NCBI RefSeq assembly: GCF_020745735.1
Contig: NC_083435.1
Coordinates: forward strand, 38,837,090-38,901,089
DNA length: 64,000 nucleotides
Direction of reading: 5' to 3'
From: Hemiscyllium ocellatum
Lineage: Eukaryota
Part shown: positions 1-12,795 of the stretch, one piece after another
Layout: the number at the start of each line of letters is the position of its first letter
Numbering within the stretch: the first letter of the stretch is position 1
Program-made: the position numbers and the translations under genes
Notes under the pieces: generated by a model
The model's database searches: none
Told to the model about the DNA's origin: nothing
The model's input: the letters and a program-made list of their open reading frames with translations, nothing else

Positions 1-620
1 TAATCAGAAATTAGGAACAAAATGAAACATGAGCTGAAAGGATATCATCTCTAAATTATTAATGGGTAAACGAGAGATGCAAGAAAGAAGGGTTCTGTTT
101 TGTGGGGCAGTGGAGTCAGTATTGGGAAGGAAGAAACTGTACTTTTAAGATGGGTTCCACCTGAACTGATCTGGAACCAGTGTTCTAGTCAAAAGGCTAA
201 TTAAGATGAATGGGATTGTGGGGGTTGGATATAGCTCAGGAGAGGTTATTAAAGTTTCCATAATAAGACAAAGTGTAAAGAAACAGTCAGGTATCCTACT
301 TCAGGCATGACTGGTAATGGTAAAACTATAATAAGTGTATTGATTAAACCGGAAGAGAGAAATAATAAACAAGTGAATAAAGCATCAGTGCATACGGACA
401 GGTTATGGTGTAATAAAAGTTCTATATACAAATGCATAGAATGTGAGGAATAAATTAAATGAGCTGTAGGCACACCTTCAATTTGGAGATTACGACATAA
501 TAGCCATTACTGAAACGTGGTTGCAAGATGGTTGAGGTATATAAAGATACCAAGTTATTATGTTTTCAAGATGGATGGAGAAAATGGCAGAGGAGATGCA
601 GTAGCCTTACTGATTAGAAA
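1..620 (+). mobile_element. Degraded CR1 fragment (ORF1 esterase end to ORF2 endonuclease start)
   Basis: Remnants of GF.F..W..YW..DG.HLN and YDIIAITETWLQ motifs, with many stops. Confidence 0.6.
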
Positions 621-622
621 CT

Positions 623-1830
623 TCATAGAGTCCTGCAGCACAGAGACAGCTCTTTGGCCCAAACTGGTCCATGCACAACCAAAATGTCCACCCACACTAA
701 CCCCATTTATCTGCATTTAGCCCATATCCTTCTAATCCTTTCCTCTCCATGTATTTTTCCAAATGCCTTTTAAATGTTGTTAACGTACCCATCTCAACCA
801 CTTTCACTGGCAGCTCATTCCATTTGCGTACCACCCTCTGTGTAAAAAAAGTCACCCCTCAGGTTCCCCTTTATTCTTTCCCCTTTAACCTTAAACCAAT
901 GATTCCCCAACTCTGGGAAAAAGACCGAGAGCATTCACCTTATCCTTTCCTTCTGTGATCTTACACACCTCTATAAGGACAACCATCAGTCACCTATGCT
1001 CTAAAGGAAAAATTCCTAGCTTGTCCAACCTCTCCCTATAACTCAGACCATTGAGTCCTGACCACATCCTTATAATTTTATTTTCTGAACTCTCTCCAGT
1101 TTAATAACATCCTTCCTACAGCAAGGTGACTAAAACTGAACACAATATTTCAAGTGCAACCTCACCAACGTATAACTGCAACATAACTTCCCAACTTCTA
1201 TCCTCACTGCCCTGACTGATGAAGGCCAGTGTGCCAAAAGCCTTCCTCACTGCCCTGTCTACCTGTGACTCCACTTTCAGAAAACATTGCACCTGAACTC
1301 CAAGGTCCCTCTGTTCCATTACACTCCTTAAGGCCCTACCATTCACCATGAAACTGCAACCTTGATTTAACTTCCAAAATGCAAGACCTCAGACATATCT
1401 CTACTCAACTCTATTTGTCATTTCTCAGCCCACTTCCCCTGCTGATCAAGATCCGGCTGTAATTTCTGATAGCCTTCCTCACTGTCCACGATACCGCCTA
1501 TTTTAGTGTTATCTGTAAAGTAACTAAATGTGCCTTGTACATTCTCATCCAAATCATTGATATGGATTACAAACAGCAATGGGCCCAACAGCAACCAATG
1601 AGGCACTCCATTAGTCACAGGCCACCAGTCCGACAAGTATCCTTCCACTATTACCCTCAGCTTCCTATCATCAAGTCAATTCTGTATCCAATTTGCCAGC
1701 TTCCCCTGGATTCCATGTGATCTAACCTTCCAGAGCAGTCTATAGTATGGAACCTTATCAAAGGTCTTACTGAAATCCAGACAGACTACATCTGCCCTGC
1801 CCTCAACAACCTTCATCAAAGAACTCTAAC
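623..1830 (-). mobile_element. CR1 LINE 3' fragment (RT C-terminal part + tail)
   Basis: ORF pieces GPLLFVIHINDLDEN..TKIGG and EQRDLGVQV..RSWEVMLQLY, plus CR1-type 3' tail. Confidence 0.85.
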
Positions 1831-1837
1831 AAATTGA

Positions 1838-4570
1838 TAGAACAGAGAACAGTACAGCACAGAACAGGCCCTTCAGCCCACGATGTTGTGCCGCCCACGA
1901 TGTTGTGCCGACCACTGATCCTCATGTATGCACCCTCAGATTTCTGTGACCATATGCATGTCCAGTAGTCTCTTAAATGTCCCCAATGACCCTGCCTCCA
2001 CAACTGCGGCTGGCAACGCGTTGCATGCTCTCACAACTCTCTGTGTAAAGAACCCGCCTCTGACCTCCCCTCTATCACTTCCTCCAACCAGCTTAAAACT
2101 ATGACCCCTTGTGTTAGCCATTTCTGCGCTGGGAAATAGTCTCTGGCTATCGACTCTATCTATGCCTCTCATTATCTTGTACCTCAATTAGGTCCCCTCA
2201 CCTCCTCCTTTTCTCCAATGAAAAAAGTCCGAGCTCAGTCAACCTCTCTTCATAAGATAAGCCCTCCAGTCCAGGCAGCATCCTGGTAAACCTCCTCTGA
2301 ACCCTCTCCAAAGCATCCACATCTTTCCTATAATATGGCGACCAGAACTAGATGCAGTATTCCAAGTGCGGTCTAACCAAGTTTTATAGAGCTGCAACAA
2401 GATCTCACAACTTTTAAACTCAATCCCCCTGTTAATGAAAGCCAAAACACCATATGCTTTCTTAACAACCCTGTTCACTTGGGTGGCCATTTTAAGGGAT
2501 CTATGTACCTGCACACCAAGATCCCTCTGTTCCTCCACACTGCCAAGAATCCTATCCTTAATCCTGTACTCAGCTTTCAAATTCGACCTTCCAAAATGCA
2601 TCACCTCGCATTTATCCAGGTTGAACTCCATCTGCCACCTCTCAGTCCATCTCTGCATCCTGTCAATGTCCCACTGCAGCCTACAACAGTCCTCTATACT
2701 GTCAACGACACCTCCAACCTTTATGTCATCTGCAAACTTGCTGACCCATCCTTCAATCCCCTCATCCAAGTCATTAATAAAAATTACAAACAGTAGAGGC
2801 CCAAGAACAGAGCCCTGTGCAACACCACTCACCACTGACTTCCAGGCAGAATATTTTCCTTCTACCACCACTCCCTGTCTTCTGTTGGCCAGCCAATTCT
2901 GTATCCAGACAGCTAAGTTCCCCTGTATCCCATTCCTCCTGACCTTCTGAATGAGTCTACCATGGGGAACCTTATCAAATGCCTTTCTGAAGTCCATATA
3001 CACCGCATCCACAGCTCGACCCTCATCAATGTTTCTCGTCACATCCTTAAAGAACTCGATAAGGTTTGTGAGGCATGCCCTGCCCTTCACAAAGCCGTGT
3101 TGACTGCATTTAATCAAGCCATGCTATTCCAGATGGTGATTAATTCTATCCCTCAGAATCCTTTCTAACACCTTGCAGATGACAGATGTGAAACTTAGTG
3201 CCGGGGATTTCCCTATTTTCTTTCTTGAAGAGAGGAATTACATTTGCCTCTCTCCAGTCCTCAGGTATGACTCCAGTGGAGAGTGGGGATGCAAAGATCT
3301 TCACAAGTGGCGAAGCAATCGCATTTCTCGTTTTCCAAAGCAGCCGAGGACAAATCTGGTTTGGGCCTGGCGACTTGTCAATCTTAATGTTTGACAAAAT
3401 TTTCAGCACATCAGCTTCCTCTATCTCTATCCATTCCAGCATGCACACCTGCTCTTCAAAGATTTCATTCACTACAAAGTTCGTTTCTTTCGTAAAGACT
3501 GAAGCAAAAAACTCATTTAGGGCTTCCCCTACCTCCTCAGACTCCACACACAAGTTCCCTATGCTATCCCTGATCGGCCCTACTCTTTCTTTGACCATTC
3601 TCTTATTCCTCACATAAGTGTAAAATGCCTTTGTATTCTCCCTAATCCATTCTGTCAAGCCTTTTTCATACCCCCTCCTGGCTCTCCTCAGACCATTTTT
3701 GAGCTCCTTCCTCGCCTGCCTGTAATCCTGTAGAGCTAGCTTGACCCTAGCTTCCTTCACCATATGTAAGCTCCCTTCTTCCTTTTGACGAGAAGCTCCA
3801 CCACTCTTGTCATCCAAGGTTCCTTTATCTTACCCCTTCTTGCCTGTCTCAGAGGGACATATTATTCATCACTTGCAACAACTGTTCCTTAAACAGTCTC
3901 CACATGTCTATAGTGCCTTTACCATGGAACAAATGCGCCCAATCCATGTTTCCTAACTCACGTCTAATCGCATCATTGTTTCCTCTTCCCCAAGTAAATA
4001 TCCCCCCATTTTGCCTAATCCTCTCCTTCTCCATAGCTATGTAGAATGTGAGGCAGTTGTGGTCACTATCACCAAAATGCTTTCCCACCACGAGATCTGA
4101 TACCTGCCCCAGCTCGTTTCCGAGCACTAAGTCTAGAATGGCCTCTCCCCTCGTCGGCCTGTCGACGTACTGAGTTAGGAAACCCTCCTGAACACACCTT
4201 ACAAAAATAGCTCCATTCAAATCTTCTGCTCGAAGGAGGTTCCAATCAATATTGGGAAAGTTAAAGTCACCTATTACAACAACCCTACTATGTCCACACT
4301 TTTCCAAAATTTGCCGACCTATGCTTTCTTCAAATTCCCTGCTGCTTCTGGGGGGCCTGTAGTAAACCCCTAACGAGGTGACTGCTCCCTTGCTGTTCCT
4401 AATTTCCACTCATACTGACTCAGTAGGCAGACCCTCCTCAACAATGGAAGCTTCTGTAGCTGTGATACCCTCTCTGATTAGTAGTGCTACATCCCTCCTC
4501 TTTTTCCTCCCTCCCTGTTCTTTTTAAATGCTCTAAACCCTGAAACAACCAGGAACCATTCCTGCCCCTG
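1838..4570 (-). mobile_element. CR1 LINE, ORF2 in frameshifted pieces (2239-3117, 3146-3817, 3849-4409)
   Basis: EN motifs GVYYRPP and GDFNFP; RT motifs YMDFRKAFDKVPH, QGSVLGP and KFADD. 17-bp tandem duplication in the tail at 1877-1910. Confidence 0.92.
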
Positions 4571-4789
4571 AGAAACTCATGTGTCTGTTATGACCACAAC
4601 ATCATAGCACCAGGTACTGATCCATGCTCTAAGTTCATCACTTTTATTCCTGATATTCCTTGCGTTAAATTTGTGAGACATGATCTCCCACCCACAAAGC
4701 TATGCTGACTACTACTAATCAAACCTTGTCTTTCTAAATGCATGAGGGAGGATATGGTGAACAGAAAGGATTCAGTGGAGACCATATGG

Positions 4790-5342
4790 GTAGAACTAAG
4801 GATTAGTAAAGGATCTAAAGCTGTAATAGGTGTTGTGTACAGGTAGCAGCTCGAAGGAACTAGATTGTTTCAATGCAAGAATCAGGCAAGGGTAGTATTG
4901 ATGGGGAATTTTAACCTGAATACAGATTGGGATAGGAATACAAGCACCAGACAGAAAAGTAGTGAATTTCTGAAGTGTGAATTTCAGGATCGTTTCCCAC
5001 AGCAATATGTCCTGGCTGCAAAAGGGGACACGCAATATCCGTGTTTTGTAGTGAGTAGGATTTAATTAGTAACCTCATTGACCATAAACGTTTACCAAAT
5101 AGTGATCATAACATGATCGAGCATTTGAAATTTAAAAGCATGAATCAGCTATGAAGTTTTCAGGATGACTTTAAGGAGATAAGATACTGTCTGCAGTAAG
5201 CTGGGAAAATCTATTTATGGAAAAAACAACTGAAGAACTGTGACATTTAACACAATGCAAAACCACTTCATACCCCTGAGAGAGATAAGCTGTACCTCAC
5301 AGGAAAAAAAGCCACAGACAGCATAAAACTAAAATAAAGTAT
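4790..5342 (+). mobile_element. Old CR1 fragment, interrupted by the L1 (continues at ~11282-11400)
   Basis: LMGNFNL EN remnant. The degraded IKLK.K..KNA reading continues across the L1 insertion. Confidence 0.55.
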
Positions 5343-5665
5343 TTTTTTTAAAAATATTTTTATTAGAAATTTAACATTTTTGCAAGTTTACAAAAATAAA
5401 CAAAACTCTCAAATACAAACATTGATGTACAATTAAATCAAATATACAATAGTCAAAATTTAACAAAGGAAAGAGAAAAAAAACAAAAAACAAAATAAAA
5501 TTAAAAAAAACTCAACTTTCTACTAATCTAAAGGAGAACTAACCAGAGTGTATACCTAAGTCTCTTACATGCTCGGAATGTATAAACATCAAATATAATA
5601 AAACCCGTATTCGTGCGGGATTCCTCTCCCAAGGGGCCCCGGAGCAGCCAGGTCTGTAATCTTCA

Positions 5666-8600
5666 CTAAATAAAGGCCCTTGTTAGGATGGCCGAAATAT
5701 CTGCATTTATGTAATTCAAAAAGGGCTGCCATATTTTATAAAATAATTCAGTCTTTCGGTGCACCATATTTGTAATGAAGTCAAGGGGAATATATTCCAT
5801 AATTAATCTGTGCCAATTTGAAAGTCCAGGGGGGCCCTCAGCCACCTAGTTCACCAAAATATTTTTCCTTGCACAGAAAGAGAGAATAGAAAATAGTCTC
5901 TTCCCATGCATATCTAGGGAGGAAAAGTTCGAAAAGCCCAAAAGGAGAGATACAGGGTCCACTCTAATTTCTGTTCCTAAAATTTCTGTCAGGGTACTTG
6001 CTACTTTAGTCCAATATCTACAGATCTTCTGACAAGTCAATAGGCAGTGTACAAGAGTGCCCACCTCTATTTTGCATTTGGGACACATTGGAGATGCTCC
6101 TGCCTTAAATTTTGCCAGTCGAGCCAGTGCTATATGGGCCCTATGAAGTATCTTCAGCTGGATAGCCTGGGTTCTGTTACAGATAGTAATTCTTCTAGCA
6201 TTTTCCCAAATATCATTCCACGTTTCTATAGAGATTTCTAGTCCCAAATCCTGATCCCATGTTTTAAGCAGATTGTCCATATCTCCCGAAACTTCATCAT
6301 GTAGTAAATGATAAATAGTACTAACGGAGGATACCCCTACTGGTCGTAGGACATTACATTCTCTGTCTGATTTATAAAGACTATCTATTAACGTAGTCTT
6401 CTTCTGTATATAATCTCGAATTTGGAAGTATCGAAAGAGGTCTCCATTAGGTAATCCGAATTTCTGACGCAGCTGCTCAAAGGACATCAGGATCCCAGCT
6501 TTAAATAGGTCCCCTAAACATGAGATACCTCTGGATCTCCAGAGTTTAAAAGTGGCATCTGTAAACCCAGGTTGGAATCCCCATGCCCCTACTATCGGTG
6601 CATGGGGGGATGTTTTATGTAAATTACCCTCATTTTGCCGCATTATATTCCAGGCCTTAATTGTGTTTAGTATTATGGGGTTTTTACAGTGATCTGTAAT
6701 GATTTTCCTCTTGTCTGAAAATAAGAGGTTAGTAAGTGGGTATTTTACTTGGGAGGCCTCGATGTCCAGCCAGATTGATTGTGGATCAGATGAAACCCAA
6801 TCAGCTATGTAACTTAATAGGGAACTTAACTGATATTTCCTAAAGTCTGGGAAATCCAGTCCTCCCCTTGCCTGTGGAAGCTGTAGCTTCTTCAGCTTAA
6901 TAAGGGGCCGTCTACGATTCCAAATAAAGGAACCCAGCCAGCCATATAATTTACCTAGGGCTATCCTTGGCAGCATCACCGGGAGCATTCTCATAGGATA
7001 TAAGAGACGGGGCAGAACATTCATTTTAATTAATGCTATTCTACCCAACCAGGAAATTGGAAGGTCTCCCCATCGCTGGACGTCCTGCCTTATCCTTTCC
7101 AGTAATTGCACAAAATTAGCCCTATACAACTGACCAAATACTGGAGTAATAAAAATACCTAAATATAAGAAGCCCTCCAGGGACCAACGAAAGGGAAAAA
7201 GGGATCCGTCCACTAAGTGGGGTGTCATAACCAGGCCACCCATTGGCATAGCCTCCGATTTTGAAAAATTAATTTTATAGCCTGAAAATGCACTAAATGT
7301 ATTAATAACTTGAATTAGACGAGGTACTGACATCAGAGGATTATTGAGGAATAAAAGAACATCATCTGCATAAAGGGTAATTTTGTGTTTACCTGTACCA
7401 ATCCTCGGGGCCGTTATATTAGGATCAGTCCGGATAGCTTCTGCTAGTGGTTCAATTATTAGCGTAAATAACAATGGCGAGAGAGGACATCCTTGACGGC
7501 AGCCCCTACCCACACTGAAGCCATCCGATCTTAATGCATTGGTCATAACAACTGCTTTGGGATCACTATACAATGTTGAGACCCATTTGGTAAACACCTG
7601 TCCAATGCCAAACCTTTCCAACATGTAAAATAAATATGACCATTCAACCGTATCGAATGCCTTTTCCGCATCTAATGAAATTACTACTCCTGGTATCTTT
7701 CCCTGATGACAGGCTTGGATCATATTCAAGACCCTTCTAATATTATTGGATGATCTACGGCCCTTAATAAATCCCGTCTGATCCTCCTTTATAATATATG
7801 GCAGTACCCTTTCTAGTCTCAGTGCTGACATTTTAGAGAGGATTTTAAAATCTACATTTAGTAAGGATATTGGTCTATAAGATGTACAGTCTTCTGGGTC
7901 TTTTCCTTTTTTAAGGATAAGAGAAATATTTGCCTCTTTCAGCGAAGGCGGGAGACAGACCTGACTATATGCAAAGTTATACATGTCCATAAGTGGATCA
8001 ACCAATATTTCTGTAAATTCTTTATAGAATTAAGCTTGAAAACCATCTGGGCCCGGTGCCTTTCCGTTCTGGAGTTGCCTAATTGCATCAAGTGTATCTT
8101 GGACTGTTAGAGGAGCATTTAGGACCGATACCTGTTCCGGAGTCAAGTCCGGAAAGGTCAAATTTTTTTAAAATGACTGCATCCTCCTAGTCCTATCTTC
8201 ACAATCCTGCAATTTATATAACTCAGAATAAAATTCTCTAAAGATCGCATTGATTTTTTTTATGATCATGAGTCAAGGTACCTGCACTTTCCTTGATAGT
8301 TGTAATAGTCTGAGGGGCCTTCTTTTACTTTGCAAGAAATGCTAAGTATCTACCCGGTTTGTCGCCATATTCATATAACCTTTGTTTTGCAAATAATATT
8401 TCCCTCTTAGCCGTTTGAGTAAGCGTAGTGTTTAGAGCTGTCGTAAGAGCCGTAATCCTTTGCAATTTTATAATAGATGGTCTATCAGCGTATGCTGTTT
8501 CGGCTGCTTTTAAGCGTGCTTCGAGCAGACGCTGTTGTTCTCCCTTCAGTTTCTTCTGGGTTGCTGAGTAGGAGATGATCAAACCTCGTGCATAAGCTTT

Positions 8601-9479
8601 GATGGTCTCCCACATCATTGATGGGTTGCTAGCCGTACCTGAATTAATTTCTAAAAATGTTTTAAGTTCTTGGGAGAAGTACTTTACAAATTTACTATCT
8701 TTTATCAGGAAGGGGTCCATACGCCAATGCCGAGTGGATGTCCCATTGTTCCTTGCCTTAGTTTCCATTTATACAGCGGCGTAGTCGGAGATTGCTATCG
8801 TACCTATTTTACAGGATGATATGGAATTTTAAAAAATCGATGGGGCAAAAAACATATCAATTCTTGTATGACATTTATGTGGATTAGAGTAGAAAGAAAA
8901 ATCTCTACCCTGTGGATGGAGACATCTCCATATATCTACCAATCCTAATTCTTTATTCAGATCCGCCAGTTGTCTAGATCTGGGAGATACTCCAGCAGCA
9001 CTCTTGGGGATCCTATCTATTTCCAGATCCATAATACAATTAAAGTCTCCCCCTATAATTGTATGACGGGCACCAAAGGCCATCAATTTTGAAAAAGCTT
9101 CCGTTATAAATTTAAAGGGGTGTGCCGGGGGGCAGTACACATTTAAGATCCCATATTCCTCTCCATTTATGAGGGCTTTAATCAAAATATATCGTCCAGA
9201 TTCGTCTTTTATCTGATTTAGAACTTTGAAAGGGAAATTCTTCCTAACAAGAATAACGACTCCCCTGCTTTTTGAGTTAAAAGAAGAAAAAAAGACCTGA
9301 TCAAATCCACCCTGCCGTAATTTTAAGTGTTCTTTATCCGACAGGTGTGTCTCCTGTAGGAGAGCTATATCAACTCTCTCTTTCTTAAAATTTGATAATA
9401 TTTTCTTCCTTTTAACTGGCGAATGACTCCCCCTGACATTCCAGGTGCACCACTTAACCGACTGATCAACCATAATCAT
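5666..9479 (-). pseudogene. L1 ORF2 (APE endonuclease, RT, CCHC knuckle), disrupted
   Basis: APE motifs TWNVRG, LQETH, GGDFN, RIDMFF; RT motifs QGCPLSP, LYADD; knuckle CPKC-x8-H-x4-C. In-frame stops at 8829, 8769, 8325, 8030 and 5846, plus a +1 frameshift at the T-run near 8254-8261. Confidence 0.92.
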
Positions 9480-10235
9480 CTGGGCAGATCCGAGACCCCT
9501 CGGGAGGGGAAACCCTATCTAGAACATCCCGAGCATGGAGCATATAAGGTTTACAAAAATAAAGGCTCTCTAATACACTCAAAACAATATAATAAAAAAC
9601 TATTTCTAAATAAAAAAAATATAAAACGTACCTAATTGGAGATTTTCCCCCTTGTTCCCAGGGAGCGTCACTTCCTCTCCCACAGTCCATCTTATCCTCT
9701 CCCAACCAATGCCCCACCCTTGACCCAGGTGCTCTTCAATAAAATGAGGAGAATTCAAATATAATACAAAGCTAGAGTTAACAGTGAGCACCCTACCCCC
9801 ACCCACACCAACATCTGCATATATTTGGGAATGTTAATACCATATATAAATATATAACCATAAAATTACAATCTCAACAAGTAATAATTAAATATAATAA
9901 TACAAAATAACAGGGGAAAAAACAACCCCGCTCCTAAAGACAGAAGTAAAATAGAATAAGGTAACCACCTCCCCCCACCAACATTAACTAAACGCCCCAA
10001 CATATATATATATATATATATATATTTTACACGTACATACATACCCACATATATACATAAAGTAATAAAAGAAAACAAACCCACGCGGTGGGGGGGTGGG
10101 TGGGAGAAAAATCAAATCCCTCTCCCCGCCCCCATAATAATATTAAACAATAAGGTAAAAAAAAAGGAGAAACAAAAAAAGGTGGGGGGATGTAAACCAA
10201 AGTAGAAGGAAAGGCAGACCAACGTCCACTATCTC

Positions 10236-11105
10236 TTACAGTTTATTTAAGAGAGTCCAAAATTCCTTAGCCGTCTCTGGTGATCCGAAGTTATATAAGG
10301 ATCCTTCGTGGCTAAAACGTAGCGTCGCTGGATAGCGTAAGGAGTACTGAGTATTTAAGTCCCTTAAACGCTTCTTCACCTCATCGAATGCCTTCCTCTT
10401 TCGGACCAAAGCTGGGGAAAAGTCCTGGAATAGCATGATCTTGAATCCTTTATAGATCATGGCTTGGGGATCTTTTCCAAGATTTCTTGAGGCTTCTAGG
10501 AGCATCTGCCTCTCCCTATAGCTCTGCAGCTGGAACAGGACCGGGCGTGGGTGCTGGTTTGAGCCGGGCCCACGTATTGCGACCCGGTAGGCCCATTCCA
10601 CCCTTACCTGGCCTGATCCAGCATGCAGATTTAAAAGCTGTGGCAGCCATTGCTCCAGGAATGCTGTGAGCTGGCCTCCCTCTTCCTGTTCGGGAAGGCC
10701 CAGCAACTGAATATTTTTTCGACGATCTTGATTATCGAGGTCGTCAATATGATTTTCTAAGGCCCGGACTCGCTGCTCGAGAGTCCGGACCTGATCGGCA
10801 GCCGATTGAGCTGCAGTCTCCGAGGTCACAGCCTTTAACTCCGCCCCTCCGACTCGGCGCTCCAGTTCCTGGATGTCTCGGCCGTGCTTCTGCAGTGCGG
10901 CCGAGAGTGAGTCCCATCGATGTCGGGACTCCTCAATAAAGGCGTCGATCTTCACATCCAGCTTGGTAATCATCTCCACAAGGCTTGTTACCGTCGGTAA
11001 GTCCCCCGGGGCAGCTGTGGACGCCTCTGCTGCAGCTGAAGAGGGAGAGGGTGGGGTAGGGGGTCCTGATTGTTGAGAGCTGCGGGCTCCCTTCCCTTTG
11101 GTCAT
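10236..11105 (-). CDS. L1 ORF1p (289 aa; coiled coil + RRM/CTD-like)
   Basis: Open frame with a heptad-rich region (LQKHGRDIQELERRV...LEQRVRALENHIDDLDNQDRRKNIQLLGLPE), an RRM-like part and QDFS/YSLRYPATL motifs typical of vertebrate L1 ORF1p. Confidence 0.88.
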   Translation of the reverse strand: MTKGKGARSSQQSGPPTPPSPSSAAAEASTAAPGDLPTVTSLVEMITKLDVKIDAFIEESRHRWDSLSAALQKHGRDIQELERRVGGAELKAVTSETAAQSAADQVRTLEQRVRALENHIDDLDNQDRRKNIQLLGLPEQEEGGQLTAFLEQWLPQLLNLHAGSGQVRVEWAYRVAIRGPGSNQHPRPVLFQLQSYRERQMLLEASRNLGKDPQAMIYKGFKIMLFQDFSPALVRKRKAFDEVKKRLRDLNTQYSLRYPATLRFSHEGSLYNFGSPETAKEFWTLLNKL

Positions 11106-11860
11106 TTTTCACTTAATGTTAAACTATTTAAATGTAATAGTAAGCAGCTATTTAAAGTTAACAGCTATTATGGATGATTTGTTGAGTGTGGTGGGGGTGG
11201 GTGACTCACTTTGCCCAAGTCTTGGGAAGAGCACTGTGGACTCAGACTTGCTGGGTCGCCGCCATCTTGGATCCCCACCAGAAAGTATCTTTAAAAAATG
11301 CAATAAAAGCACAGGTTCTACTGAATAGCAAAGATACAAAGACCACCAAAGGGCTTCAAAGCAACTTCTATGAGCAATGATATAAGATTAGTGTTTGGAG
11401 TTCTGGAATTTTAAAAAAAATTTGTTTGACTGAGCATATCTTATTATTGCTTTGCTATCTAGTGTAACGGAGCTGCTCCTTTAATGAGGTTATGCTGTCC
11501 TTAGCTTTTGTTTTTCCAGAGTGGTTATAAATGACACAGACTCCAAAAAATCTGGGGGTTGAAGGGTTTTAGGGCCAAATTGATAAGAGTTAACAGAGAC
11601 TGCCTCAGGCAGAAGGCATTAAGGTTTGAAAAAAAACACGTACAGTGAAAGGGGAGTAGTCAGTTCTCCCTGCTCAGCTTTTCTCTGGTTTGTTTTTTTT
11701 AAAGCAGTAGTGTGAAGAAAGGCTGCTGGACCCAAAGAAGCAGATCCAAGATGGTACTCTCTCTCTGACTCCTTTTCTGTAACAACCTGTGTTTGACATC
11801 AAAATAAAAAAATAGTTATAACTACATAAAGGGAATGTGGTTGGTCAGGAGCAATGTTGG

Positions 11861-12013
11861 AGGAGAAAGTGAGGACTGCAGATGCTGGAGATCAGAGCTG
11901 AAAATGTGTTGCTGGAAAAGCACAGCAGGTCAGGCTCATGCCCGAAACGTTGATTCTCCTGCTCTTTGGATGCTGCCTGACCTGCTGCGCTTTTCCAGCA
12001 ACACATTTTCAGC
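11861..12013. repeat. Short inverted-repeat Penelope pLTR derivative with 16-bp TSD
   Basis: Arms gagctgaaaatgtgttgctggaaaagc.cagcaggtcagg and their reverse complement. TCAGGAGCAATGTTGG at 11845-11860 and 12014-12029. Confidence 0.75.
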
Positions 12014-12522
12014 TCAGGAGCAATGTTGGCCCAATAAAGGCTGAAAGTAAGGATATTATCAATGACTATCGAGGAATAACAGATATGTTGAATAATTACT
12101 TTGCCTCAGTATTTACAGTAGAAAAGGAGAAATACTCGACAGAAACCCCAAAGAAATTCATGGAGGATCAGAAATAGGGACAGAATAAAATTAACATTAG
12201 TAAATAAAACATTGGCAATGAATAAATTAATGGAATTAAAGTAACAAATCCCAGGACCTGATAGTTTCCATCCAAGAATGTTAAAGGAAGTACAGAAGCA
12301 CATTGTAGACTCCCGAACTGTAATCTCTCAGAGTTCCCCAGATATAGGAGTCAACCTTCTAGATTGAAAAATTGCAGACGTTGCTCCACTTTATAAGAAG
12401 AGCAAAAGATGAAAAGTAGGAATTACAGCTGTGGTGGAGAAATTGTTTGAGTCTATAATCAAGGATGGGGTAACTGAACACCTTAAAATTTTCAGTGATT
12501 CAGGGACGCCAGCATGGATTCT

Positions 12523-12795
12523 GTTATTAAGCAGAGGTTGACCCCCTCTGAGAACTAAGACCGAAACACTGAAAGAGGAGCACCTCACCCTGTAATCTGT
12601 AAATGGGGTATGAAAAGTGATGTAACCTGCTTTTCAGCAACTTCTAGTGGGGGGTTAAATAAAATAAATCCTTGGCACTTTAAAATAAACAAGTAACAAT
12701 TTATTTATCCAACACCAAACTATTAACAAACAGAATAAATCCCTCTAACTTCTGACTATTCTTGAATAAAGCAAGATTCTAATGATATGTTGTGT
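12523..12795 (-). repeat. 3' LTR segment of the gypsy element
   Basis: Begins TGTT on the + strand. Aligns by eye with 17760-17946 plus 18767-18850 (gacccc..ctctgagaactaa, ggcactttaaaataaacaagtaaca, aaacagaataaatccc, aataaagcaagatt). Confidence 0.75.

Larger units (their letters stand above)
5343..11281 (-). mobile_element. Full-length L1-clade non-LTR retrotransposon (~5.9 kb), ORF2 disabled
   Basis: 5' UTR with YY1 motif (11255-11274), ORF1, ~750-bp spacer, ORF2 (APE-RT-CCHC), AATAAA and short A tail near 5342-5363. Candidate 7-bp TSD AAAGTAT at 5336-5342 and 11282-11288. Confidence 0.92.

Noticed and set aside
2435-2950. Plus-strand ORFs overlapping CR1 RT (also 3198-3617 and 54589-54906)
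   Set aside because: Antisense shadows of CR1 coding sequence.
10236-11105. Intact L1 ORF1 as a domesticated gene
   Set aside because: ORF2 has only about 5 stops and 1-2 frameshifts over ~1270 codons, so a 289-codon ORF1 can easily stay open by chance.
11463-11810. Solo LTR-like segment, with a ~25-bp resemblance to the CR1 5' UTR (gagctgctccttt..tgagg)
   Set aside because: It starts TGTAAC, but no matching end, TSD or partner was found; the similarity is too short to claim promoter capture.
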